NCBI GenBank assembly: GCA_965248925.1
Contig: CBDFLE010000006.1
Coordinates: 3,008,001 to 3,072,000 of the forward strand
Direction: 5' to 3'
From: Candidatus Multivoradales bacterium
Lineage (GTDB): Bacteria; Acidobacteriota; Thermoanaerobaculia; Multivoradales; J023
Length of the DNA stretch: 64,000 nucleotides
Under the pieces are notes generated by a model. The model was not told the origin of the DNA, ran no database searches, and worked only from the letters and a program-made list of their open reading frames with translations. Position 1 is the first letter of the stretch. Each line of letters starts with the position of its first letter. This document shows positions 27,446 to 37,208 of this stretch, piece after piece. The position numbers and the translations under genes are program-made.

Positions 27446-27832
27446 ATGAAGAATCTCAAAATCGTAGCCTTTATCCTCCTCGCCGTGCTTACCGTCTGGC
27501 CGCTATTGGCGGCAGACGAGCCGGTGACCTCGACCGGTGAGCGCGTGCCGCTGGTACTTGACGATGAAGCGGGCTTGGCGACCGCAGCCACCGAGCCTCC
27601 AGAGTCTAGAGTGGCCGTCGAGGAGAACTTGCGCATCGCCGCCGAACTCGAGGCTAGCGTTTTCGCCGCCGGTGGTAGCTGTGGCTGGACGACGACTTGT
27701 GGGCGGCCCTACAACCCGACCTGGAATGCCTACTGCAACAACTTCTGTATCAATGCCGGCCATGCCGCTGGCTTCTGTGGTCGCAATGGGGGCAGCGCCT
27801 GCTGTATCTGCGCTACGGACCAACCGCACTAG
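27446..27832 (+). CDS. Prepro-peptide with C-terminal CS-alpha-beta defensin-like domain
   Basis: AAGGAG RBS; signal peptide, acidic pro-region, GG, then an 8-Cys domain with CNNFC (CxxxC), GFC (GxC) and CIC (CxC). Confidence 0.8.
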   Translation: MKNLKIVAFILLAVLTVWPLLAADEPVTSTGERVPLVLDDEAGLATAATEPPESRVAVEENLRIAAELEASVFAAGGSCGWTTTCGRPYNPTWNAYCNNFCINAGHAAGFCGRNGGSACCICATDQPH

Positions 27833-27847
27833 CTTCCCTACTGCCGT

Positions 27848-27884
27848 GGGCCAGCCGAGTTCGCTGCTAGCGCGCGGCTGGCCC
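27848..27884. terminator. Hairpin between convergent genes
   Basis: GGGCCAGCCG / CGGCTGGCCC 10-bp stem; no clear U tract. Confidence 0.5.
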
Positions 27885-28862
27885 TCAGTGGTGGAGGGCT
27901 AGCTCACCCATCGAGCCGCTGAGTTCGACGGTCAGCACCGGTGCGTTGGCCGGCAGTGCGTCGTTAGTCTCGGTATCGATCCCGCCGCGCACCTCGCCCA
28001 TTGAGACCCGCTTGCGCCGCAGCTCGATGCGCGCCGAATCTGGTAGCCAAACGTTGCATTGGCCCATGCCGAAGGAGACGTCGATCTCGGAGTTGGTGCG
28101 CCAAGGTCCTTCCAGGTCGATCACACTCTCGCCCATGCTGTGATCCACCTGGATCCTGGCCGGACTGGCGTTGCCGACCTCGCGTAGCTCAAGTTCACCC
28201 ATCGAACTTTCGACCGTTAGGCTCTCCATTGGATAGGGCAGGGGCTCGCCGAATTCCAAGAAGTGCTCGCCCATGCCCATCTCGAGGTCGACGTTGCGCA
28301 ACCACAGGCCGCCGAGGTCGATCTCTGATTCGCCCATGCTGATCTCGCCGACGATGTCCAGTGGCACGTCGCGCGGCACGATGATCTTGACGTGGTTCTT
28401 GGAGCCGCTGGTGCCGCCGCGTAGCAGAGCGCCGAGCCAGCCGCCGCTGATTCCGAAATGCACCTTGTAGGTCCAAGAGTCTTCGGTCTCTTCGAATTCC
28501 TCTTCGAGACGGAAGGAGTTGCTGTCGAAGTCGGCGATGACACGGATCGGTTCGCCGGCCGGGCCGGGAACGATGGTGAACTCGCCAGCCGAAAGGTCCA
28601 GCTTCAGCTGACCCGGTTTGGCGCCAGGGTGAGGCGCCGAGGCGGTCTGCGGGAGTTCAGGAGCATCGACTCCCGGAGGCAGCGGTGCTTCAAGGGGCAA
28701 CGGCAAGGCTTGGCTGAGCTCTCGTTCCTCGGGACGGGGTTGGCGGTCGGAAGACATGTTGATCAGGCCGATGGCGAAGATGCAGATCACCAATACCGCG
28801 CTCAGGGACAGGCAGCCGATACAGCCGTACTTTAAACAGCCGCGGTTTTTCTTTTCGCTCAT
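27885..28862 (-). CDS. Membrane-anchored beta-repeat protein (toast-rack/DUF2154 LiaF-like)
   Basis: AGAGGAG RBS; N-terminal TM (GCLKYGCIGCL...); repeated SMGE/GMGE motifs with IDL. Confidence 0.75.
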   Translation of the reverse strand: MSEKKNRGCLKYGCIGCLSLSAVLVICIFAIGLINMSSDRQPRPEERELSQALPLPLEAPLPPGVDAPELPQTASAPHPGAKPGQLKLDLSAGEFTIVPGPAGEPIRVIADFDSNSFRLEEEFEETEDSWTYKVHFGISGGWLGALLRGGTSGSKNHVKIIVPRDVPLDIVGEISMGESEIDLGGLWLRNVDLEMGMGEHFLEFGEPLPYPMESLTVESSMGELELREVGNASPARIQVDHSMGESVIDLEGPWRTNSEIDVSFGMGQCNVWLPDSARIELRRKRVSMGEVRGGIDTETNDALPANAPVLTVELSGSMGELALHH

Positions 28863-29001
28863 CGCCATTCTCCTCTTGCCGCCGGCGAGCTTGCCGACAG
28901 AGCTATCTACGCTGTCGGCAGGTGGCGAGTTTCGTCGCTGCCTTGCGGCCGGCTCCCGGTCTACAATAGTGGTGGTTTCGGTGACAAGGCTTTTTATACC
29001 T

Positions 29002-32000
29002 ATGGCGGATAGCAATGCAAGTCGCGCTCCGGTCGGTGGGGCGCAAGCTGGCGCTGCTCGGGGCGTCTTTAGTCTCGGTCGGCTGGTTCTGGGGTTGCTG
29101 TTCTTGCAGCTGTTCAGCGGTGCCGCGTTGCTGTGGTTTTTCAGAGCCGGCCCGGAGGCCGCATGGGTCAGCCTGGTCGACCTGCGGGAACTCAGCGTTT
29201 TCGCCTGGTTGCGACCCTTCCATCGCTGGGCTTCGCAAGCGACATTGCTGGCCACCGTGCTCTACTTGCTGGTGGCTTTTCTCGATGGCACTTATCGTGC
29301 GCCGAGCCGGGTCGGATGGGTCTATGACAGCGCGCTTCTGGGGCTGATTCTGCTGCTCGCGGGTAGCGGCTTCTTCTTGCCGGTCGATCGGGCGGCGATC
29401 GCGGCCGCACCCAGGTTGACCACCTGGTCGTCGCACCAAGTGCTGGTGCTGCATGCATTCCTGTTGCCGGCTGCCCTGCTCGCCTTGCTTGTTTGGCGTC
29501 GTTGGCGATGGCGGCCCGGTGGACGGCGGCGAGTCGCGCTGGTGGGCGTTGCCATGGCGTTGCTCTTGGTCGCCACTGTCGGGCAGCGCGCGCGGTCCTG
29601 GCGGCAGGTGCAGAGTAGAGCCTTGGAATTCGAACGGGCTGATCTGGCCGAGCGTCTGGCAATGGCCCGTGCGGGCCTGGATCTGGCGCAAATCGAACAA
29701 CTAAAACAGGCAGAGGCCGACCAATTGGCAGGATTGGAGTCGCAACGTCCGGAAATTGACCGGCTGCGCGCCGAGCGACGGTCTTTGGCCGGTCGCGAAC
29801 AGCGGGCCACGGGCCGTGAGCGCGAGGCCTTGCGCGAGTTGATCGCTTACCGAGATCAGCGTTTGCAAGCGTTGCATGCCGGGGTTGAGGCGGCTCGTCG
29901 GGAGCTGGCCCTTGCCCGACAGCCAGCGGCCCAGCTTGCTGAGCGCTTGGCGGCGACCGCCCCACCCTGGGAATTGCGCTTTGTGCCGCGAAGGTTTCGT
30001 CCTTGGGTCGATCGACGACTCGCACCACGGCAGATTGTTGCCAACGGGATATTTCGTTCGCCGCCGCAGCAGCGGATCGAGCGGGTCGACCGCTGCCAGA
30101 CTTGCCATCTGGGGATAGCGGACGCCACCGCTCAGGGGCGCCCGGCGCCTTTCGCTGCCCACCCTGATCTCGATCTCTACCTCGGTCCACGGTCGCCCCA
30201 TCGACTGACCGAGGTGGGTTGCACGGTCTGTCATGGCGGTGAAGGCTTGGCCACCGATTTCAGCCGTGCCGGTCATCGTCCGCGGAACACAGAGCAGGCG
30301 AGCGAGTGGCGCCAGCGCTGGGGCTGGCGCTCTGTCGCTGGCGGTTCGCCCAACAGCGGTTCGGTCATCCGGGTGGACGATCAGGTGCAAGCCGGTTGCG
30401 TGGCTTGCCATGCTGCCGCGGGCGAAGTGCCTGGGGCCGAGGTCTGGCAGCAGGGGCGCAGAGCCGTCGAGGAGAGGGCCTGCGGCGCCTGCCACGGCGG
30501 GGCCGCTGAGACTGGCGAACGTCCCCACCGCGGCCCGCCTCTAGACCGCTTGGCGCGCAAGACCAGCGTCGGGTGGATTGAACGCTGGTTGGCAACCGCG
30601 CCCGGCGACCGCGCGGCGACCTCGATGCCCCATTCCCTCGCTGCCGTTGGCGTTGAGGGTGCCGAGAGGCAGGTTCAGGTGACCGAGGGGCGGGCCTTGG
30701 CGACCTATCTCTGGGAGAGTTCGCGAGGGAAAGAGCTGCCAGCCCCACCGCCGGGGGATGCCGCCGCCGGGGCGCGTCTTTATGCCACGATCGGCTGTGC
30801 TGCTTGCCACGAAATGGCGGCGCCGCCGCGGGTGAGTTGGTCCACCGCGCCGCTCTTGCTGGGCGATGGGCCGCAAGCTAGCGCCGGCAAGTTGAACGCC
30901 GGTTGGCTCTATGCCTGGTTGTTGCGTCCCGCGGAGTTGGATCCAGGGACGCAGATGCCGGATATGCGGCTCAGCGCTGGCGAGGCGGCGGATCTAACCG
31001 CCTTCCTGCTGGCCAAAGCGCCCACGGCAACCCCGGCTCGGGCGCCGATCGATACCGAGACCCGGGATCTTCTGCTCCGGGCACAGCTCGAAGATGAGTT
31101 CGGACTCGAGGCCGGGCAAGCTCGCTTCGAGGAGCTTGCCGAGCACGATAGGACTCTTTACCTGGGTCGCCGGACAGCCGCTTCCCACGGCTGCGCAGCC
31201 TGTCACTCGGTGCCCGCAGTCGAGTCGCCGCCGGAGGTGGAGTCGCTGGCCGCGATCGTTGCCCGGTTGGCGCCCGATAGGGACGCGGGTGCGCGCCTAC
31301 GGGCCGCCTTGGAGGCACATGGAGAGCGTACCAACGGCGGTGATCTTGGGCTTGCCGGGCCGCTGGCGAAAGCAGTGGTGGTCTATCTGATGGGCCTTGA
31401 GCCGGCGCGGGTAGATCCGCGGCAGGCAATTCAAAGAACCCGTAGGGTCGAGGCTTTGGCGGTGGGTCGGCAGTTAGTGGAGAGATTCGGCTGTCGCGCC
31501 TGCCACCAACTGGAGGGCCGAGGGGGCCTGGGCGAAGATTCACTGCGGCTCGACATCGCCGGCCATCGAACTCGTTCTCGTTGGCTGTTTGACTATCTTA
31601 GCGATCCTTCGCGGGTCACAATTCGTCCAAGACTGGAAATGCGCATGCCGACCTACGGCTTCGACGGCGCCACTGGCGATCGGCTGGTGGCCTACTTCGC
31701 CGCCCTCGCTGGTCGGCCGGTGATGGAGAGTCCGCCGCCGACCCCTAGTCGCCGCGAGCTGGCGGTCGGCGCGGCGGTCTACAGGATGCTGCAATGCGAC
31801 GGTTGCCACGGTACCGAGGAGAGCGCCAAACCACTCTACCGGTTGGCGCCAGATCGCTTGCGGCAGCAGTGGGTCGAGGAGCTGATTCTCGATCCGCAGC
31901 GTTGGTTGCCGGGCAGCGATATGCCGACGGCCTTCGCCAAGCTCGACGGTGGTGGTCACGATGCATCGTTCTTGCCTGCGATGCTCGGGGCGCCTCTTTT

Positions 32001-32124
32001 TGCCGACACCCGGCTGCGCTTGGCCCGAGTCTTCGACGACCCGGCCGAGATGGAAGCGCACCTCAGCGATGCGCAGCGAGTCGCCCGGTCTTTGGCGGCC
32101 CATCTGCGGCACTTGCAACGCTGA
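29002..32124 (+). CDS. Cytochrome b N-terminal domain fused to an octaheme c-type cytochrome
   Basis: LQLFSG..LWF, RPFHRWAS, GTYRAP..W and SGFFLP motifs; eight CxxCH motifs. Confidence 0.85.
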   Translation: MADSNASRAPVGGAQAGAARGVFSLGRLVLGLLFLQLFSGAALLWFFRAGPEAAWVSLVDLRELSVFAWLRPFHRWASQATLLATVLYLLVAFLDGTYRAPSRVGWVYDSALLGLILLLAGSGFFLPVDRAAIAAAPRLTTWSSHQVLVLHAFLLPAALLALLVWRRWRWRPGGRRRVALVGVAMALLLVATVGQRARSWRQVQSRALEFERADLAERLAMARAGLDLAQIEQLKQAEADQLAGLESQRPEIDRLRAERRSLAGREQRATGREREALRELIAYRDQRLQALHAGVEAARRELALARQPAAQLAERLAATAPPWELRFVPRRFRPWVDRRLAPRQIVANGIFRSPPQQRIERVDRCQTCHLGIADATAQGRPAPFAAHPDLDLYLGPRSPHRLTEVGCTVCHGGEGLATDFSRAGHRPRNTEQASEWRQRWGWRSVAGGSPNSGSVIRVDDQVQAGCVACHAAAGEVPGAEVWQQGRRAVEERACGACHGGAAETGERPHRGPPLDRLARKTSVGWIERWLATAPGDRAATSMPHSLAAVGVEGAERQVQVTEGRALATYLWESSRGKELPAPPPGDAAAGARLYATIGCAACHEMAAPPRVSWSTAPLLLGDGPQASAGKLNAGWLYAWLLRPAELDPGTQMPDMRLSAGEAADLTAFLLAKAPTATPARAPIDTETRDLLLRAQLEDEFGLEAGQARFEELAEHDRTLYLGRRTAASHGCAACHSVPAVESPPEVESLAAIVARLAPDRDAGARLRAALEAHGERTNGGDLGLAGPLAKAVVVYLMGLEPARVDPRQAIQRTRRVEALAVGRQLVERFGCRACHQLEGRGGLGEDSLRLDIAGHRTRSRWLFDYLSDPSRVTIRPRLEMRMPTYGFDGATGDRLVAYFAALAGRPVMESPPPTPSRRELAVGAAVYRMLQCDGCHGTEESAKPLYRLAPDRLRQQWVEELILDPQRWLPGSDMPTAFAKLDGGGHDASFLPAMLGAPLFADTRLRLARVFDDPAEMEAHLSDAQRVARSLAAHLRHLQR

Positions 32125-32266
32125 GCTGGCGTGGCTCTGTACGTCCGCGGGTGCAGCGGTTAGAGTAGATCGCCGCCGAGCATCGATCTGTCCACAGCGG
32201 TGCAGCTTCGATGTGCCGCCCACCGCGGTATCCACCGCGGTATCCGGATTTGAGGAGACACCGATC

Positions 32267-33160
32267 GTGAAAGCCGAGGTTCTAAACCCCGCCGCGAGCA
32301 GCGCTCGATCAGCGGACTACGTGGCACTCACCAAGCCGCGTATCTCCCTGATGGTAGTGCTGACCACGGCGGTCGGATTCCTGGTCGCCGCACCGGCGCC
32401 AATGGCCTATGTCTTATTTCTGCACACCCTGCTCGGCACCGCTCTGGTGGCCAGTGGTGCCTCGGTGCTGAACCAAGTTCTGGAGCGCGACACCGATGCC
32501 CTGATGCACCGCACCGCCCAGCGGCCGATTCCGGCGGGCCGCCTCGAGTCCGAGCGGGCTCTGGCCTTCGGTGTCGGACTGTCGGTGCTCGGCATGCTCT
32601 ACTTGGTGTTGTTGACCAACCTGCTCACCGCATTGATCGGCGCCTTCACCTTGGCTGCTTACGTCTTCGTCTACACGCCGATGAAACGCAAGACTTCGTT
32701 GGCCACCATCGTCGGTGCGATCCCCGGCGCGACACCGCCGATGATGGGAGTGGCTGCGGCCACGGGCGAGATTGGCGCTTGGGGTTGGGCCTTGTTCGCC
32801 ATTCTCTTTCTCTGGCAGATGCCGCATTTCTTGGCCATCGCCTGGATGTGCCGCGAGGACTATGAGCGAGGGGGGTTTCCGATGCTCACCGTCGGTGATC
32901 GGGATGGCCGCAAGACCGGCCGTCAAGCGGTGCTCTACGCCGCCGCCTTGGTGCCGGTTAGCTTGCTGCCCTCGGTGCTAGGTCTAGCCGGGGCAATCTA
33001 CTTCGCGGGCGCCTTGGTCGCCGGGTTGATCTACCTGGCGGGCTCGCTGGCCTTTGCTTCCCAGATCAATGCGCAGACGGCTCGTAGCCTGCTACTCACC
33101 TCGGTGCTCTACTTGCCGGTGGTGCTCTTGCTGATGGTGGTCGGCCGCGCTCTGGCCTAA
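32267..33160 (+). CDS. cyoE: Protoheme IX farnesyltransferase (heme O synthase)
   Basis: LTKPRI, ERDTD..M.RT..RP.P.GR, YTPMKR and FLWQMPHF.AIA...EDY motifs; GAGGAG RBS before GTG. Confidence 0.95.
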   Translation: MKAEVLNPAASSARSADYVALTKPRISLMVVLTTAVGFLVAAPAPMAYVLFLHTLLGTALVASGASVLNQVLERDTDALMHRTAQRPIPAGRLESERALAFGVGLSVLGMLYLVLLTNLLTALIGAFTLAAYVFVYTPMKRKTSLATIVGAIPGATPPMMGVAAATGEIGAWGWALFAILFLWQMPHFLAIAWMCREDYERGGFPMLTVGDRDGRKTGRQAVLYAAALVPVSLLPSVLGLAGAIYFAGALVAGLIYLAGSLAFASQINAQTARSLLLTSVLYLPVVLLLMVVGRALA

Positions 33161-33819
33161 TGCCCTTACCCAACTCGCAACAGGACTCTTCCTCCACCGC
33201 CGACCGGCGCCGGCGCGGGCGGGAGGCTTTGCTGTGGGGCACTTTGGTCTTAGTGATGCTAGCGCTGGTAGGGCTGTCGATCCAGCGCGGTGGCTTTCAG
33301 CGGTCGCCGCCACCGCCAATATTTGCTCAGCTGCCGGTCTTCGAACTGATCGATCAGCGGGGGCAGGCTTTCGGCACTCGCGAGCTAGCCGGGGTGCCAT
33401 GGGTGGCCGACTTTGTCTTTACCCGTTGTCCTGGGATCTGTCCGCGGATGACCGAATTGATGCGCGGTCTGAAGGCACGCCTACCGGCCGGTACGCGGAC
33501 GGTATCGATCACTGTAGATCCGGGGCACGACACCCCGTCGATCCTCGCTGACTATGGGCGGCGCTTTGCCACGAGTGAGGATTGGACATTCTTGACCGGC
33601 GATCGCTTGGCGATCTACCAACTGTGTCGCGACGGTTTCAAGATGCCGGTCGAAGCCCTGACTGAAGATGCTGGCGACGCCATCGAACCCATTCTGCACA
33701 GCAATCGTTTCGTGCTGGTCGATGGTGCTGGTCAGATCCGCGGTTACTACGATTCGTTCGATAACACTGAACTCGAACGCCTGCTCGACGACCATCGCGC
33801 TCTGCTGCGGCAACACTGA
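33160..33819 (+). CDS. SCO1/SenC family copper chaperone
   Basis: FVFTRCPGICP, SITVDP..DTP and HSNRFVLVD motifs. Confidence 0.93.
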   Translation: MPLPNSQQDSSSTADRRRRGREALLWGTLVLVMLALVGLSIQRGGFQRSPPPPIFAQLPVFELIDQRGQAFGTRELAGVPWVADFVFTRCPGICPRMTELMRGLKARLPAGTRTVSITVDPGHDTPSILADYGRRFATSEDWTFLTGDRLAIYQLCRDGFKMPVEALTEDAGDAIEPILHSNRFVLVDGAGQIRGYYDSFDNTELERLLDDHRALLRQH

Positions 33820-33827
33820 GCGGTCTC

Positions 33828-35567
33828 TCAACCGCGCAAGGCCGAGTAGAAGATCCCCGGCAGTTTGAGCAACGAGGGCTGGCTCTCGAAGGCACAGAGC
33901 TTCTGACCCATCTCTAGAGCCGTCTTGTGGCTGGGGAACCAGATCGGCTTGGGGCGCATGCGGAAGGGTGAGTAGATCACCGTTTTCTGTGCTCGCGAGA
34001 ACATCAAGGTGTTGTGGACCACGCCGGCGCCGGATTGGATGTCATAGATGTCGGCGCCGGGGTAAGCGCCCCACGGGGTGACCACTAAACCATAGCAAAT
34101 CGCCGCCCAACTATTGACCGATACCGCGCCGTAGCGCAGCTCGGCGATAGCCTGATCCAGCGCCGCGGCGGCGGCTGGGTCGCGCAAGGTTTTGGGGTGG
34201 ACCAGGAGGGTGACGTTGAGGGTGCCCCACAAGATCTGATTGCAGAAGTCCACCGCTTGGGCGAGGAATTCTTCAAGGGTGTCGGCGGCGAGCGCGGTCT
34301 CGCCAAAAACCCCACAGAAGGATTCGGTGGTGAAGCAGATGTCGTCCGTGGCGCTGGGATCGAGATCGGAGATCAGCGTCCACGGTAGTTCGCCAGCAGA
34401 GGGTTGGCCGATCTGCTCGGCTTCTGGGTGGGCGGCGATAAAGCTCTCGAACCGACTCTCAGCGCCCGGATAGTAAGCCCGTCGGGTGGGTACTTGGGCC
34501 AGGCTGTGGCGGATCTGCTGCAGCAGCGCTGGCCGCTCGGCCCAGCCACGTTGAGTGATGATCAGCCGCGTAGCATTGCAGTTGAAACCAGCATTGTTAA
34601 CCAGGCTACCGGCGATGTTCTCGCCGTGGTAGGCGAGGTCGCTGGCCGACCAGGGGCCGGGGACGACGATCACTGGCGAGATGTTGCCGAGTTCGGAGAG
34701 GATCGGCTTGGTCAGCCTGGGTCGGCGCTCGGCCTTGCGCTTCTTGCCCTCTTCGCCGCCGCCAAAGACGATCGCCTCGACCGTTTTGTCCGAGCCGGTG
34801 ATGTGGATCTCGTCGATCTGCGAGTGGGCGCAGCAGTAGGCTCCCTGCTCGACTTCGCCGTAGACGATCCGCAGCGCCCCCCAGTCGATCAAGGTTTGGA
34901 AACCCTCACCTAGCAGTGGTCCGAGGTAGGCGTTCAATGGGTGCATCTTGAGCAGCACCACCGAGTTGTCGACGAACAGCTTGTAAAGGGTATCCATCGG
35001 ACCGATCGACGACACGTTGCCACCGCCGAGCACCAGGCAGACCTGCCCGTCGCCAGGTGGTTGGCGGTAGTTTACCGCTTGGGTTGCCGCCAGTCCGTCG
35101 CGGGTGACCTCTGGCTCCATCCACACTTCGGCTCGGACCCCGCCATAGAAAAACTTGTCCCAGTTGTCGTAGGGGAAGACCTGGGCGGTAACCTGGCCGT
35201 CGGGCCGCTGGCGTATCGGCCCTGGAATGCACGGCTCGCCGTGGCGCTCGATATCTGCCAAGCTCTTGTTGAGCAGTTGGATGTTGCGCAGCACAAAACA
35301 AGGACCGGCCAACCATTCCTCGCCAGCGGCGGGAGTGCCGGGTGGGATGCCCTCGGCTTGGCGGGTCGCTTCGGCCCAGCGCTTGCCAACGGCGGTGAAG
35401 TCCTTGACTAGCTCCGACAGAATGGCTCGACGATCGGCGATCGGCAGATTCGCCCAGCGTTGCTTGTGGGCGTTCAGCTCGGCGATCGCGGAGTCGATTT
35501 CCGAGTTCGTCGAAGGCGGGTAATCAGGGTTGCTCGCGGCGGGGGCGGGGACAGCGGTCACGGTCAT
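33828..35567 (-). CDS. Aldehyde dehydrogenase family protein
   Basis: HITGS, SELGNISP (catalytic Glu), NAGFNC (catalytic Cys); GAGGAG RBS. Confidence 0.88.
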   Translation of the reverse strand: MTVTAVPAPAASNPDYPPSTNSEIDSAIAELNAHKQRWANLPIADRRAILSELVKDFTAVGKRWAEATRQAEGIPPGTPAAGEEWLAGPCFVLRNIQLLNKSLADIERHGEPCIPGPIRQRPDGQVTAQVFPYDNWDKFFYGGVRAEVWMEPEVTRDGLAATQAVNYRQPPGDGQVCLVLGGGNVSSIGPMDTLYKLFVDNSVVLLKMHPLNAYLGPLLGEGFQTLIDWGALRIVYGEVEQGAYCCAHSQIDEIHITGSDKTVEAIVFGGGEEGKKRKAERRPRLTKPILSELGNISPVIVVPGPWSASDLAYHGENIAGSLVNNAGFNCNATRLIITQRGWAERPALLQQIRHSLAQVPTRRAYYPGAESRFESFIAAHPEAEQIGQPSAGELPWTLISDLDPSATDDICFTTESFCGVFGETALAADTLEEFLAQAVDFCNQILWGTLNVTLLVHPKTLRDPAAAAALDQAIAELRYGAVSVNSWAAICYGLVVTPWGAYPGADIYDIQSGAGVVHNTLMFSRAQKTVIYSPFRMRPKPIWFPSHKTALEMGQKLCAFESQPSLLKLPGIFYSALRG

Positions 35568-35726
35568 TTTCCGGCTCCTCAAGCATCCATTGGGCGGCTG
35601 CGATCGGCTCAGTATATCTTCTGCCGAGCTGCGGCGAAAACATGCCGGTTTGCGGCACTGCTAAGCTCTGGTCGCTATCCGTCGTCGCTCCGGGAAACCG
35701 GCCGACAGCCACCAGGAGCCGATACT

Positions 35727-36800
35727 ATGCAGCAGGAACTCGCCCTCGATCCCACCCAGCCCACCCGCCCTGGGGAGGAACTCGCGCTGGCCGAGTTGGC
35801 TCCCTACTTGCGTCGCCATTTGCCCGCGGCCGAGGGTGATTTGCGGGTCGAGCAATTCCCCAGCGGTCATTCCAACCTGACCTATCTGCTGCGTTTGGGC
35901 AAACAGGAACTAGTGTTGCGGCGACCGCCCTTTGGCAACCGGGTGAAGTCGGCCCACGACATGGGGCGCGAATTTCGCGTGCTCGATAAGCTGCACCGGG
36001 TCTACCCACCCGCGCCGAAGCCTTATCTCTACTGTGAGGATGAGGCGATCCTCGGTGCACCGTTCTACGTCATGGAGCGGCGTCGCGGGGTGGTGTTGCG
36101 CCAGCGACTGCCGGCAGGTCTAGAATTTGGGCCCGAGCTGGCCTGCCGACTCAGTGAGGCGGTGGTCGATCGCTTGGCCGATCTACACCGGGTCGACTAC
36201 ACCGCCGCCGGATTGGCTGACTTGGGTAAACCCGACGGCTATGTCGAGCGCCAGGTGGGCGGTTGGGCGTCGCGCTATGAGCGGGCGCGCACTCATGACT
36301 GGCCGCAACTCGATCAGGCCGGGCGCTGGCTGGCCACCCACATGCCTGCCGAGTCTGGCGCGGCGGTGATCCACAACGACTTCAAGTACGACAATCTGCT
36401 GCTCGATCCAAGGGACCTCACCCAAGTCGTGGCGGTGCTTGACTGGGAGATGGCCACCCTCGGCGATCCACTGATGGACCTGGGCACCTTTTTGGCCTAT
36501 TGGGTGGAAGCCGGGGATGATCCCCGCTGGCGCGCCTTGGGTTTTGGCCCGACGGCGGTGGCCGGCAGCCTCAGCCGTCGCCAGCTCGCCGCGCGCTACG
36601 CTGAGCGCACCGCCGTCGAGCTACCGGCACTGACTTTCTACTTCGTTTTTGGGCTCTACAAATTGGCGGTGATCCTGCAGCAGATTTACTACCGCTGGGC
36701 CAAGGGCCACACCAGAGACCCTCGCTTCGAGCACTTCGACAGCATGGTCGAGCTACTCGGCCAGGTGGCCGCCAGGTCGATCGATCAAGACATGGTGTGA
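35727..36800 (+). CDS. APH-like phosphotransferase (ACAD10/11 kinase domain / LvaA-like)
   Basis: QFPSGHSNLTY, VLRRPP, HDMGRE, HNDFKYDN and LDWEMATLGDPLMDLG motifs. Confidence 0.9.
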   Translation: MQQELALDPTQPTRPGEELALAELAPYLRRHLPAAEGDLRVEQFPSGHSNLTYLLRLGKQELVLRRPPFGNRVKSAHDMGREFRVLDKLHRVYPPAPKPYLYCEDEAILGAPFYVMERRRGVVLRQRLPAGLEFGPELACRLSEAVVDRLADLHRVDYTAAGLADLGKPDGYVERQVGGWASRYERARTHDWPQLDQAGRWLATHMPAESGAAVIHNDFKYDNLLLDPRDLTQVVAVLDWEMATLGDPLMDLGTFLAYWVEAGDDPRWRALGFGPTAVAGSLSRRQLAARYAERTAVELPALTFYFVFGLYKLAVILQQIYYRWAKGHTRDPRFEHFDSMVELLGQVAARSIDQDMV

Positions 36801-36809
36801 GCGAGCCAT

Positions 36810-37208
36810 CTAGCTCGGCCTGAAAGGAACCCAGGCGAGACCTTCTACGGCTTCGAAATGGGCATCTGCAGAGAGTAGGTCTGAGCCGGTTTCCATCGCG
36901 TGTGCGGCGATCCAGACGTCGTTGGTGGGGAGGGGCGTTCCTCGACGCCTGAGGGCGGTGGAGATACGGCCGAAGCGGTCCGCGGTGGTCATGGTCACGG
37001 GCAGCAAGCGAACGAATGGGCTTGCCAGAAACGCTTTCAACCGGGCTAAGTTGGTCTCGAATTGGGAGCCGTTATAGAAGCCGTGGAGCAATTCGCCGAC
37101 AACAATCGTGGATAGCGTCAAGCGGTTGGCTTGGCGAACTTTTGCTGCGACTTCGCTGTGGCCGTGCATCATCGCCGTGTAGGCGTTGGTGTCGAGCAGG
37201 ACTCTCAT
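36810..37208 (-). CDS. vapC: VapC PIN-domain toxin
   Basis: LLDTN, VVGEL..G, NDVWIAA and S.D.HF motifs; ATGA overlap with the antitoxin. Confidence 0.93.
   Translation of the reverse strand: MRVLLDTNAYTAMMHGHSEVAAKVRQANRLTLSTIVVGELLHGFYNGSQFETNLARLKAFLASPFVRLLPVTMTTADRFGRISTALRRRGTPLPTNDVWIAAHAMETGSDLLSADAHFEAVEGLAWVPFRPS

Noticed and set aside
27446-27832. Double-glycine bacteriocin/RiPP cluster
   Set aside because: GG precedes the mature domain, but the precursor has a Sec signal and there is no peptidase-ABC exporter or modifying enzyme nearby.
28756-29255. Overlapping long starts of the toast-rack-like and cytochrome genes
   Set aside because: Downstream ATGs (28862 with RBS, 29002) give a normal divergent intergenic gap.
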